Virus record (IMG/VR): IMGVR_UViG_3300028025_004323
Location: 1 to 59,583 of that record
Length of the DNA: 59,583 bases
DNA from: a virus
Lineage: Duplodnaviria > Caudoviricetes
Reading direction: 5' to 3' (one strand)
This document shows, piece after piece, positions 20,750 to 29,602 of the stretch. Within the stretch, counting starts at the first letter, position 1; each line of letters opens with the position of its first letter. Both the position numbers and the translations under genes were made by a program. The notes under the pieces were generated by a model. It searched no databases, was not told where the DNA came from, and saw only the letters and a list, made by a program, of their open reading frames with translations.

Positions 20750-20946
20750 TACCCGAAAATTCGAAATCAATAGAAGTAATAGAAGAAGAGGAACGTCAGG
20801 ACTCAAAGTTACAAGAATCACCTAAAGATTCAAGTGAACCCCTTTATTGGGAAAAAGACGACACTAACCCAAATCAAGTAATTTACGATTTGGAAAAAGA
20901 TGTGGTTATAATACCACAATCTGAGGATGAAATAACTAATGATTAA
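20746..20946 (+). CDS. Acidic ORF, likely a -1 frameshift extension of the upstream protein
   Basis: TTG start only; lies in the -1 frame immediately after an A11 run; same acidic composition as the upstream tail. Confidence 0.4.
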   Translation: MIPENSKSIEVIEEEERQDSKLQESPKDSSEPLYWEKDDTNPNQVIYDLEKDVVIIPQSEDEITND

Positions 20947-20955
20947 TTAATTTAA

Positions 20956-21579
20956 ATGTTGACGATTTATAATATAGAAACGATTGATGAATCAAAATTA
21001 AACATCCATAGAAAAAAATCTAAGAAAACACAGATATTACTATACGATACCCAAAGAAGGGTTGACGATTTTATCAATAAAATAAAATATAGAAAGAATG
21101 GTAAGTTCGAAGATATCCCACATTTCATTATAACTAAATTAGGTACAGTATACCAACTATTTGATACTGATTATAGTTCCAATACGTTTAATGACAATAG
21201 GAACGATAAGAAGATGATAAAAATCGCCATTGAGAACTTGGGTTGGTTAAATAAAAATACCATCACTGGTATCCTTAATAATTGGATTGGCGACCCATAT
21301 AGGTCCGAACCACACATCCGTAATTGGAGAAATTACTTTTTTTGGGACAAATACAACGAAAATCAACTGTCAGTACTCTCAGAGCTTTGTGAAATGTTAT
21401 GTGAAAGACATGATATTTTTAAACAAACCGTCCCATCTAACGGATATCTTGAAAATATATCTAATTTCAAGGGGATTGTATGTAAATCCAACTTTTCAAG
21501 TATTTATACAGATATAAACCCTTCATTTAATTTTAGAATATTTTTCAACAATGCAAAAGAAACCAATAACAGAATATGA
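20956..21579 (+). CDS. N-acetylmuramoyl-L-alanine amidase-like protein (Amidase_2 fold, degenerate active site)
   Basis: 'QILLYDT', 'PHFIITKLGTVYQL', 'IAIENLG', 'Y.ENQLSVLSELCEMLC' and 'DINPSF' follow the amidase_2 layout, but the canonical His ligands are absent. Confidence 0.6.
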   Translation: MLTIYNIETIDESKLNIHRKKSKKTQILLYDTQRRVDDFINKIKYRKNGKFEDIPHFIITKLGTVYQLFDTDYSSNTFNDNRNDKKMIKIAIENLGWLNKNTITGILNNWIGDPYRSEPHIRNWRNYFFWDKYNENQLSVLSELCEMLCERHDIFKQTVPSNGYLENISNFKGIVCKSNFSSIYTDINPSFNFRIFFNNAKETNNRI

Positions 21580-22102
21580 TAGTACCAAAACTATGTTGAA
21601 CACATTAAGAAAACTTAATGAGTCTAAACAAGCAGGTACCCTTAGAGAGCAATCACAAGAACAAAGAATCAGTAACGACACATCCACATTCCCAAAAGGG
21701 GAAGAACAACTATCAACTCAGTCAATGAAAAACGATTTAATGGTTATTAATGACGTTGAGGTAAAGTTAATGTCTGGAGATAATTTAGATATGAAATTAA
21801 TGGATGACCAAAAGAATTCCATTTCAGGTATTATTGATAATTTTAAACAACAAGTTTCACAAATTGTGGAGTTTGAGCCAGGTTTTACAATTGCACCTAA
21901 TCAAATTAGATTAGATGGTACCCTTACAGATGATGATGTAAGTTTTGTGTTTATTGCTGGAGAAGAGGGAGGTTTATATATAAATGCTGATATGTTGAAA
22001 TTGGATTCGGAAGTTATGATTATAATGGATAAATTGGTAAAATTTGAACCGACATTTAAAACGGCAATGGAACCATTAATAAGTCAAAGAAGTAATAACT
22101 AA
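21551..22102 (+). CDS. Hypothetical protein (putative head-associated)
   Basis: 183 aa; TATTTATA at 21501; 'LRKLNES' and 'LREQ' motifs. Confidence 0.6.
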   Translation: MQKKPITEYDSTKTMLNTLRKLNESKQAGTLREQSQEQRISNDTSTFPKGEEQLSTQSMKNDLMVINDVEVKLMSGDNLDMKLMDDQKNSISGIIDNFKQQVSQIVEFEPGFTIAPNQIRLDGTLTDDDVSFVFIAGEEGGLYINADMLKLDSEVMIIMDKLVKFEPTFKTAMEPLISQRSNN

Positions 22103-22104
22103 TA

Positions 22105-22344
22105 ATGTCATTTAGTAACGACGATAAGAAGGAAATAGAGAGAATCACAAGGAAAGAAATTAAAGATTTCATGGATTCAACCCAAGCGCATAGAATTGTT
22201 GTTAAAATGATTCAGGATGAGTTAGGTTCTAAAAAGGTAGATGATAAAATAGTAGATTTATCTACTAAAGTTGTTGTTGAATTATTTAAAACATTATGGC
22301 AAAGAAAGTCATTTTGGGAAACAGCATTAAAAAGTGTTAGATAA
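22105..22344 (+). CDS. Hypothetical protein
   Basis: 79 aa ORF tightly packed between its neighbours. Confidence 0.65.
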   Translation: MSFSNDDKKEIERITRKEIKDFMDSTQAHRIVVKMIQDELGSKKVDDKIVDLSTKVVVELFKTLWQRKSFWETALKSVR

Positions 22345-23633
22345 TGGAAAAAGTAATTAAACCTGATATTAAAGGTGAAATGGACGAGTTCCAAAGATTA
22401 TCGCAAGATTTGAGACGAGATGAAAAAATTGACATCTCCGTTGAGGAACTTGTACGCTCTTTTGAAGGATTGAAGGAACAAACACTTACAGATGATGTTT
22501 GGCCTAAATTAGAGAATACAGAATCAAACGAAATAGAGAAGGGGGATATTGAGGCGGTTAATGACATTGCAAAAATGTATAATAAAACCAACCCCAAGAA
22601 ATTAATAAAAGCAATTAAATCGGGAGAATACGAAAGACCTCTAATATTAAAAATGGGTCGTAGATATATCCTTATTGCTGGTAACACAAGATTATGCACC
22701 GCAGCGGCAATGGGAGTTAACCCTAAGGTGTTTATTGGTGAGATTGGAGAAGAAATTAACGAGTCCGAATCATTGAAAGGTGGAGAATCCGACCACAAGA
22801 CATTAACCCAACTTGCAAAGAAACACGACGCTAAAGGTTATTATCACATTGTTAATATGGTTCAATCCCTTAAAAAAGAATTGGAAATGGGAATTAAAAT
22901 CGAAATGGAACATACCGACGATAAGGATGAGGCAACAGAAATTGCGATGGACCATTTGTGGGAAAATCCATCATATTATACAAAACTGAAAAAATCAGAC
23001 ATAGAAGAGGATTGTTGGAAAGGATATAAACAAGTTGGAAGTAAAATAAAGAACGGTAAAAACGTACCCAATTGTGTCCCAACCAACGAAGCATCTAGTC
23101 TAGCACAACAAGCCGCAATTGCAATCAATATGAAAAAGAAAAAGATTGAACCTAAAGAATCTATGGGTGCTGGAGGTTCAGGATCATTTGAAGGTCCTGT
23201 TTTTAGTGATGTAGTGTTAAAAAAAGACATTCATAAATTCCATAATTCAAACCTTAAAGAACAACAAGAGGAAGTGGGTGAAGCAACCGACGCATCATCT
23301 TCAGGTGGTTACGACGTACCTTTGTTTGGTAAAACACCTAAAGGACGTAGAAATCCATTAAAGATAGACGGTCCCGATAGTATCTATAAAGGTAGAGCGG
23401 TAACAGATAAGAAATTTCCCAAATGGGGAGGTCCAGGAGGTGTTTTTGTTAAGGTTAAGGAGAAGTGTAAAAAGTTCCCTTACTGTAACCAAGGAGACAC
23501 TGGAGCATTAGAATTCATCAAAGAAGACAAAGAAATAGTACAAGCAATAACCGAAACATCAAAAAAATACGGTATTCCATATAAAGAAATGGAAAAAATT
23601 GTATTAAATGAGATAAATAAGATATTTATTTAG
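22344..23633 (+). CDS. Multi-module protein: ParB/Srx-like N-domain, DUF5661-like domain, CWKGY module and Cys-containing C-terminal module
   Basis: 'PLIL...YILIAGNTRL' (ParB-like), 'GIKIEMEHT...EIAMDHLWENPSYYTKL', 'CWKGYKQVG...VPNCVP' and 'KCKKFPYCNQG'. Confidence 0.6.
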   Translation: MEKVIKPDIKGEMDEFQRLSQDLRRDEKIDISVEELVRSFEGLKEQTLTDDVWPKLENTESNEIEKGDIEAVNDIAKMYNKTNPKKLIKAIKSGEYERPLILKMGRRYILIAGNTRLCTAAAMGVNPKVFIGEIGEEINESESLKGGESDHKTLTQLAKKHDAKGYYHIVNMVQSLKKELEMGIKIEMEHTDDKDEATEIAMDHLWENPSYYTKLKKSDIEEDCWKGYKQVGSKIKNGKNVPNCVPTNEASSLAQQAAIAINMKKKKIEPKESMGAGGSGSFEGPVFSDVVLKKDIHKFHNSNLKEQQEEVGEATDASSSGGYDVPLFGKTPKGRRNPLKIDGPDSIYKGRAVTDKKFPKWGGPGGVFVKVKEKCKKFPYCNQGDTGALEFIKEDKEIVQAITETSKKYGIPYKEMEKIVLNEINKIFI

Positions 23634-23634
23634 T

Positions 23635-24912
23635 ATGAAAATAACAGAACTTAATACAATCATTGAAAATGTGATATCTGATGAAATCAGAAGAACTATT
23701 ATTTCAGAGTCAGAAGAGAGTAAAAAGGAAGTATTTCACATAACCTGTGAAGGTGAACCTGTTAGTACTCATGACTCTAAAGACGAAGCTGAAAGTCATT
23801 TAGATATATATAAAAAAGACCACCCAGGTAAACAATTTATAATCGAAAAAGGGGTTTACGAATCTCATTCAGATATGATTGATAAATTAGATGAAATGGG
23901 TCAACAATTAGAAGAAAAAGAAAATACAAATATGGAAAATCAAGAACCAAAAGAGGGTAATTTATTCTCAGGTGCATTATTAAAGGCTAAAGAAAGTGGT
24001 GAAGATAAATTTACCGTTGACGGTAAAGAATATGATGTTAAGGAATCTTGGCAACAAATGGAAGAAGAAGAAATTCGTGAAGACGAAACTTGCGAACAAT
24101 GCGGCGATGGTGATATGAAAGAAGAAGAACCAAAAGAAGGTAAGAAATTTACCCAAATGATAATGAAATCTATCACTGAGAAAACAGAGAACTGTGAACA
24201 ATGTGGTGGTATGTTAAATGAAGAAGGGTCTTGTGATGAATGTGGTGGTGGAATGTACGAATCTAAAACGAAAAAATTACGTTTGAAGGAATCTGAATTA
24301 GTTAGTCTTATCACTAAAATGGTTAATGAATCTATTCCGGGTTTAGAAGCCGCAAAAAATTCACATAGAGAAAGTGGTAAAGAAAACAACGCATACTTAG
24401 CTGACGTTGATAAAAAAATGAAAGATTACCTATCATTCGACGGTAACGATAATCCTGAATTCCCTAAGGCAATTGGTAAAGGAGATAAAGTTGCAAGAGA
24501 AAATACATCAGAACAAGAGGACGAAATTAAAAAGAATTTCGCTGGTTTAGAAAATTTAGATTATGATATTGAACCATCTGAACAATTTAAGAAAAGATTG
24601 AAGATGGCAATCGAAGGAGATAAATTAATGGGTAATGCACCAACAACTGAAAAAACAAAGGTAACTCCAAGTAATGGTGCTAAATTAGGTGAAGAACCAA
24701 AAGATAAAGACGGTAACAGTATTCCAACACCGGAAACTGCGAAGAAAATAGAAAAACAAGTTAAGAATAGAGCTGAAGATAAAAAGAAAAGAGTTCTCTA
24801 CTCAAAAGAGTCTGTTCCAGTTAACGAATCTCAAATAAAGTTTTCTAATGTTCTTGAAGAAGAAATTAAGAAAATGAAAGATATGGTTAACTACAATAAA
24901 AAAACTCAATAA
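23635..24912 (+). CDS. Acidic/charged protein with CxxC motifs (putative head/scaffold-like)
   Basis: 425 aa; CEQCG twice plus CDECG; 'LRLKESELVSLI'; TATTTATT at 23623. Confidence 0.6.
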   Translation: MKITELNTIIENVISDEIRRTIISESEESKKEVFHITCEGEPVSTHDSKDEAESHLDIYKKDHPGKQFIIEKGVYESHSDMIDKLDEMGQQLEEKENTNMENQEPKEGNLFSGALLKAKESGEDKFTVDGKEYDVKESWQQMEEEEIREDETCEQCGDGDMKEEEPKEGKKFTQMIMKSITEKTENCEQCGGMLNEEGSCDECGGGMYESKTKKLRLKESELVSLITKMVNESIPGLEAAKNSHRESGKENNAYLADVDKKMKDYLSFDGNDNPEFPKAIGKGDKVARENTSEQEDEIKKNFAGLENLDYDIEPSEQFKKRLKMAIEGDKLMGNAPTTEKTKVTPSNGAKLGEEPKDKDGNSIPTPETAKKIEKQVKNRAEDKKKRVLYSKESVPVNESQIKFSNVLEEEIKKMKDMVNYNKKTQ

Positions 24913-24959
24913 TTCTTCTTTTTATTTTCTTTTATCCTTATATTTGACATAATAGGAAC

Positions 24960-25415
24960 ATGGAAAATAGAGAAGGTTATTTAGAGTTTATTACATCGGA
25001 AAATTACAAAAATCAAATCGATATTTGGTACAAGGCTTATAATATAAGTCGAGAAAAGACTGAATTATTTTACGATTTTCTAACTTCATTATACACATTG
25101 GTGGATGAAACCTATTTAGGTTCAGATGTTGTTTATTTAGAGGAAACACAAAAAAGTCACTTCACATGGTGTTGGGATAAAATTGTGGATAACTTCAGTA
25201 AAGAAAAAATATCATTCAAAGAAAGGGGTAATTACTATGAATATTTTTGGAATTTCTTTTTGGAAGCGTTCTATTTCAATAAGTTAGACGATAAACCAGT
25301 AAGAATTAAAGAATATTTCGAAACCTTATTTGATTTCAGACACAAAAAAACCAGGTCAGAGCTGGATATGTTATCAGAAATTTACAAATTGTTTGAACAA
25401 AACTTGAAAAAGTAA
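24960..25415 (+). CDS. Hypothetical aromatic-rich protein
   Basis: 151 aa ORF; TATATTTG at 24939-24946. Confidence 0.7.
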   Translation: MENREGYLEFITSENYKNQIDIWYKAYNISREKTELFYDFLTSLYTLVDETYLGSDVVYLEETQKSHFTWCWDKIVDNFSKEKISFKERGNYYEYFWNFFLEAFYFNKLDDKPVRIKEYFETLFDFRHKKTRSELDMLSEIYKLFEQNLKK

Positions 25416-25453
25416 ATTTTTTTCCGTATATTCGTATTAAAAACTGAAATATT

Positions 25454-25642
25454 ATGGAAACCTTAAAAAAAATCAAGGACCTAGTTGAGAAGATGTCAGT
25501 TGATACCCAAAAGGTATTTGATAAGGGTAATCGTAGTGCATCTATCAGAGCAAGGAAATATGCACAAGAAATAAAAATCCTTATTGCGACATATCGTAAG
25601 GACGTACTTGAAGAAATGAAAAGACATGATGGAACAAATTAA
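25454..25642 (+). CDS. Histone H1-like (Hc1 family) small basic protein
   Basis: 'KGNRSASIRARK...EIK...YRK' matches the Bacteroidota Hc1-like pattern GNKAAGTRARK; upstream CTTG-N20-TATATTCG promoter. Confidence 0.7.
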   Translation: METLKKIKDLVEKMSVDTQKVFDKGNRSASIRARKYAQEIKILIATYRKDVLEEMKRHDGTN

Positions 25643-25805
25643 AATATACCTATTCGTATTGAGTATAATCTATTCAATACGATTTCTTATTGAGTTCACA
25701 GTAAGACTAACACAAGAAAATCCAGAACAAATGAAACTATCTAAAGTCGAGGATGCCTTGTTATTGTTTTCATTATCATATATAATAACCTATTTTTTAA
25801 TTTAA
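25629..25805 (+). CDS. Small two-TM membrane protein (not in the ORF track)
   Basis: Hand-translated as MEQIKIYLFVLSIIYSIRFLIEFTVRLTQENPEQMKLSKVEDALLLFSLSYIITYFLI*; it exactly fills the gap. Confidence 0.6.
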   Translation: MEQIKIYLFVLSIIYSIRFLIEFTVRLTQENPEQMKLSKVEDALLLFSLSYIITYFLI

Positions 25806-25809
25806 TAAC

Positions 25810-26265
25810 GTGTTTGAAAATATAAAATCATTAAGACCTCATTTCCACTCATTAAGAGAAATTGAGGGTAACGTAAGTTTAGACATCAAATTACCATTAA
25901 CTTGGAGGCACGAAGATATTGTTAAACCTTATAGGTCTATAAAAATAAAAATCCAAGATAAGAATGAAAAGTTTACTTTGTTGTCAATAATATCGTCAGG
26001 GACTCAAGATGGGTACGATGTTGTTTTTGCATGTGCGTTAGAAATTTTACAGATTAATAAAGACGAAGAAGAGAAACAAAAACTATTTCAATTAAAGGTA
26101 AAAGAATTACAAGAGTTATTTAAAAAAGAATCGTTAGATAAATTAAAAGATATAAACCTATTGGAGGATTATGGACAAGAGATTACAACAAGCGACGGAA
26201 TTACTGAGGAAGGAGATGGAGAAGGATCGGAAGGAGATTCAGAGTCACAAGATTCAGATGATTGA
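25810..26265 (+). CDS. Hypothetical protein
   Basis: 151 aa ORF, GTG start, acidic tail. Confidence 0.65.
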   Translation: MFENIKSLRPHFHSLREIEGNVSLDIKLPLTWRHEDIVKPYRSIKIKIQDKNEKFTLLSIISSGTQDGYDVVFACALEILQINKDEEEKQKLFQLKVKELQELFKKESLDKLKDINLLEDYGQEITTSDGITEEGDGEGSEGDSESQDSDD

Positions 26266-26374
26266 AGAGATAAAAAAATTGGACAAGAAAAAAATGTTCG
26301 AAGAAAAACCAAAAAATAAAGTATCTATAATAGATAAAGTATTAAAGATATTAGGTTATGGAAAAAAAAGGTGA
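26171..26374 (+). CDS. Small basic hypothetical protein
   Basis: 67 aa, ATG start, overlaps both neighbours. Confidence 0.5.
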   Translation: MDKRLQQATELLRKEMEKDRKEIQSHKIQMIEEIKKLDKKKMFEEKPKNKVSIIDKVLKILGYGKKR

Positions 26375-26591
26375 TTTATTAAACCAGTTAGCAATTATAT
26401 CGGACCTATTAGAAAAGGTCAATGCCGAAATAGAATCACAAACTATCGTATTAGAATTAAACAAGACAGAATTCAATAAAGTATTTAAAATTATTGAGAA
26501 GAAATACGGTAAGGTAATGGAAACACCAACAGATACATTTACAATCAATATGGGAGTCGTAAATATTATTTTTAATACGAGTAATGTCTAA
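26358..26591 (+). CDS. Hypothetical protein
   Basis: 77 aa ORF. Confidence 0.6.
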   Translation: MEKKGDLLNQLAIISDLLEKVNAEIESQTIVLELNKTEFNKVFKIIEKKYGKVMETPTDTFTINMGVVNIIFNTSNV

Positions 26592-27216
26592 ATAATTCAG
26601 ACTTCTTATACCCCTTAGCAATCAACATTGCATATAACATTTTCCTTTGTTGGGTTGACACATCTTTAACAAACATAAAATTTCCCCTTTTTCTGTTAAG
26701 TAAATCGTTCTTAACAATTTCAAATAATCTCTCAGTGTCAATTAAATTTTTACAACTAAAGTACCTTACATTATCTTCAATTTGAATAAACATCTTATTG
26801 TTTAATGTAAAAATTTGTGCAATATCACTAATAGGTAATATTTGTTCCATCATTTCATGATAACGAATTCTTTTACCATTATCATGGTCATAGACCTTTT
26901 CCTCAACCCAATATGGAATTATTTCTTTTATTCTTAAATTATCATCTTCCAATATTGCTTTTTGATTTCTACCCAAACTATCCTTAACCCAAACTTTTTC
27001 TGACCATCTATTGTTTGGTAATAGTAACCCTAATTCATAAACAAGTTCTTGTCTTCTTTTACCCCCTTGTAATTTAACAAACGGTGGTTTCTTTTCAGTT
27101 TTATATTCCCTCCAATATTCGTATACCGTTTTTCTTTGCATACACTTATAAAGAACTTTAACTTTCTTCTGATTCTCAAATAAAACTATTGCGTACTTAA
27201 ATTTATTGTTTTTCAT
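26572..27216 (-). CDS. Hypothetical basic protein
   Basis: 214 aa minus-strand ORF with no competing long plus-strand ORF. Confidence 0.7.
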   Translation of the reverse strand: MKNNKFKYAIVLFENQKKVKVLYKCMQRKTVYEYWREYKTEKKPPFVKLQGGKRRQELVYELGLLLPNNRWSEKVWVKDSLGRNQKAILEDDNLRIKEIIPYWVEEKVYDHDNGKRIRYHEMMEQILPISDIAQIFTLNNKMFIQIEDNVRYFSCKNLIDTERLFEIVKNDLLNRKRGNFMFVKDVSTQQRKMLYAMLIAKGYKKSELFRHYSY

Positions 27217-27371
27217 ATGAACTTAGATATTAAAGTGAAAAGACCATAGAAACCTAAAAATGTCCATATTACTACAACCCATATCCCTAATTTTGAAGAC
27301 CCCTCAAAGGTTTTCATTAATTCTTTTCTGGTTTCGTTTGGTACTTTTTGTTTACAATTCGAACATGCCAT
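27213..27371 (-). CDS. Small protein with an N-terminal CxxC and a C-terminal TM helix (not in the ORF track)
   Basis: Hand-translated as MACSNCKQKVPNETRKELMKTFEGSSKLGIWVVVIWTFLGFYGLFTLISKFI*; ATGA overlap with the downstream gene. Confidence 0.6.
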   Translation of the reverse strand: MACSNCKQKVPNETRKELMKTFEGSSKLGIWVVVIWTFLGFYGLFTLISKFI

Positions 27372-27406
27372 GGTATAATATATAAAATTTTAGACTATTT
27401 ATCAAC

Positions 27407-27820
27407 ATGAAGCTAATAAATATTTTGAAAGAGATGAGTTTAGACACCTCTAACCTACCAGACGGTGGGGATTGCTTCGATTCTGCATTTGATTATATGG
27501 TTGAACATGGTACAACAAATAAAACCCTTAAATTGGTTCATAGTATAGTTTCAGGTCAAGGTAAGTTATCAGGTAAAAGATATACACATGCGTGGTGTGA
27601 GGACGACGATAACGTAATTGATACCTCTAATGGAAACAATTTCGAGGTAATTAAAATGTTATACTACGCAATCGGTAATGTAAACCCAAATCAAGGGAAA
27701 TATTACGATTATAACGAAACCCTTCGTATGTCCACCAAGTACGGTACAAAAGGACCGTGGGAGATTGAAAACAAGGTTTATAACGAAAAATTCAATTCTA
27801 AGACAGGTTTTTACGATTAA
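27407..27820 (+). CDS. Transglutaminase/papain-like Cys-His-Asp fold protein with an MKLxxILKE leader
   Basis: 'GGDCFD', 'HAWCE' and 'VIDTS'; TATTTATC at 27396. Confidence 0.5.
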   Translation: MKLINILKEMSLDTSNLPDGGDCFDSAFDYMVEHGTTNKTLKLVHSIVSGQGKLSGKRYTHAWCEDDDNVIDTSNGNNFEVIKMLYYAIGNVNPNQGKYYDYNETLRMSTKYGTKGPWEIENKVYNEKFNSKTGFYD

Positions 27821-27878
27821 CGTTTTTTTTTCTCATTTTTTTTAGTTATATTTTCTTTATAACATATAAAATAAACAC

Positions 27879-28721
27879 ATGATTAGTTACATCGGAGGTA
27901 AAGCAAGAATTGGTAAGTGGATTACACCTTTTATTCCCACTGACATAGAAACCTATGTAGAGGGATTTTCAGGTATGTTTTGGGTCTTTTTTAATATGGA
28001 CTTAGGAAAGTATCCTAACCTTAAAACGGTGGTCTATAATGACTTTAATAGACTAAACGCCAATCTAATGAAATGGTCTAAACAATATGATGTTTTACAT
28101 GAGGCATTATCACACTACCCATGTCAACAGTTAGGGGTTGTGGATACACCACCAGAATACGCACAGATGTTTAATCAATATCAGAAAGAAGTTTTTAATC
28201 CTGAATTGGTTATCACTGAAGAGAATAGTTTAGAAGTGGCTTGCAAATACGTTTATGTGTTATGTCAAGTATTTTCGGGTTCTAAACCTGAAACCGCGGC
28301 TTATACTGATTACAAGGGTAAGTACCGTTGTAAGGTTCTTATCTTTATGGATAAATTAAAGAATCCAAAGTATCGTGAACATTTTGATAAGATATCATTT
28401 GTTGAGAATATGGATTTTCAATCAGTTGTTGAAAAGTATGATTCACCAAAAACATACTTTTATATGGACCCACCATATTGGAAAACGGAAAACTACTATT
28501 CAAATCACGATTTTGATGTGAATGATCACACAAGACTCGCTGATTGTATTAAAAATATTGAAGGTAAATTTAGTTTATCATATTATGATTTTCCTAAATT
28601 ATCTGAATGGTTCCCTAAAGATGAATATAAATGGGAACAAAAAGATTTCGCTAAAGCGGCAGCTGCGAAAAAAGACGGTAAACAAAATATGGGAACCGAA
28701 CTTTTAATCATGAATTATTAA
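27879..28721 (+). CDS. DNA adenine methyltransferase (Dam/D12 class)
   Basis: 'YIGGK', 'YVEGFSG', 'VYNDFN', 'ENMDF', catalytic 'YMDPPY' and 'ELLIMNY'. Confidence 0.88.
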   Translation: MISYIGGKARIGKWITPFIPTDIETYVEGFSGMFWVFFNMDLGKYPNLKTVVYNDFNRLNANLMKWSKQYDVLHEALSHYPCQQLGVVDTPPEYAQMFNQYQKEVFNPELVITEENSLEVACKYVYVLCQVFSGSKPETAAYTDYKGKYRCKVLIFMDKLKNPKYREHFDKISFVENMDFQSVVEKYDSPKTYFYMDPPYWKTENYYSNHDFDVNDHTRLADCIKNIEGKFSLSYYDFPKLSEWFPKDEYKWEQKDFAKAAAAKKDGKQNMGTELLIMNY

Positions 28722-28730
28722 AATTAGAAC

Positions 28731-29255
28731 ATGGAAACAAATTGGTACTTGGTAAAAGTTCTACCAGGAAAAGAAAGAACATTAGCGGAAGAATTTAATA
28801 AGTATATTTCATTAGGTAAAATGACTAATATCAATAGATTCGTTTGTCCAACCGAAAAAAATATAGTTGTTGTAAAAAATAAAAAAGTAATAAGAGAGAA
28901 AGTACTTTACAGTGGATACCTTTATTTTGAAACGGGTAAGAAATTAAACGAAGACGAACTAAAAACACTATCATTATTACCAAACATTATGGGTATGGGT
29001 GGAAGTAGAGTACCAATCGAATTACGTGATAGTGACATTAAAAGAATTTTAAAAGATGATACGTTAGAACAACACGTAGATTCTAAAAAATTGAAATACA
29101 TTATTGGTGAAGCTGTTACAGTGGTTGAAGGTCCGTTTAATACATTCGAAGGAACAATTGCAGAAATCAATGGAGATAAAGTTTCAATTGAAATAAAAAT
29201 ATTTGGTAGAAATACGGCGGTTGAATTAACGTTAAATCAAATAGCAAAAATCTAA
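28731..29255 (+). CDS. nusG: Transcription termination/antitermination factor NusG
   Basis: NGN domain 'WYLVKVLPGKE...LYSGYLY' and KOW 'GEAVTVVEGPFNTFEGTI...IKIFGRNTAVEL'. Confidence 0.88.
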   Translation: METNWYLVKVLPGKERTLAEEFNKYISLGKMTNINRFVCPTEKNIVVVKNKKVIREKVLYSGYLYFETGKKLNEDELKTLSLLPNIMGMGGSRVPIELRDSDIKRILKDDTLEQHVDSKKLKYIIGEAVTVVEGPFNTFEGTIAEINGDKVSIEIKIFGRNTAVELTLNQIAKI

Positions 29256-29566
29256 TGGAATACTCACCTGAAGTTTTAATATATCTACAAACAGTAAAGA
29301 AATATTTCCAAACTAATCAAGAGGCAAGAGAATACTTTATTTCAAATTATAATGAAGATGTTTTCTTTAAGCACCTTTGTGAAATTTCCGAAAAAAACTT
29401 TAAACAAAACGGTGAAGTAATGTTAACTAAAGAACAATTTGAACTTCTTAGAAGAACATTACTCGCAATACAAATATCAACTGAAGAATTACCTGAAGAA
29501 ACTAACAACATAGAAGATAATATTTTTATCGATATGAGAGGTTATGGAAAAATATGTCTTAACTAA
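29255..29566 (+). CDS. Hypothetical protein
   Basis: 103 aa ORF coupled to nusG. Confidence 0.65.
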   Translation: MEYSPEVLIYLQTVKKYFQTNQEAREYFISNYNEDVFFKHLCEISEKNFKQNGEVMLTKEQFELLRRTLLAIQISTEELPEETNNIEDNIFIDMRGYGKICLN

Positions 29567-29602
29567 CTTCATTTTCTAAGAATTTTTTTTTATTATTATA
29601 CT

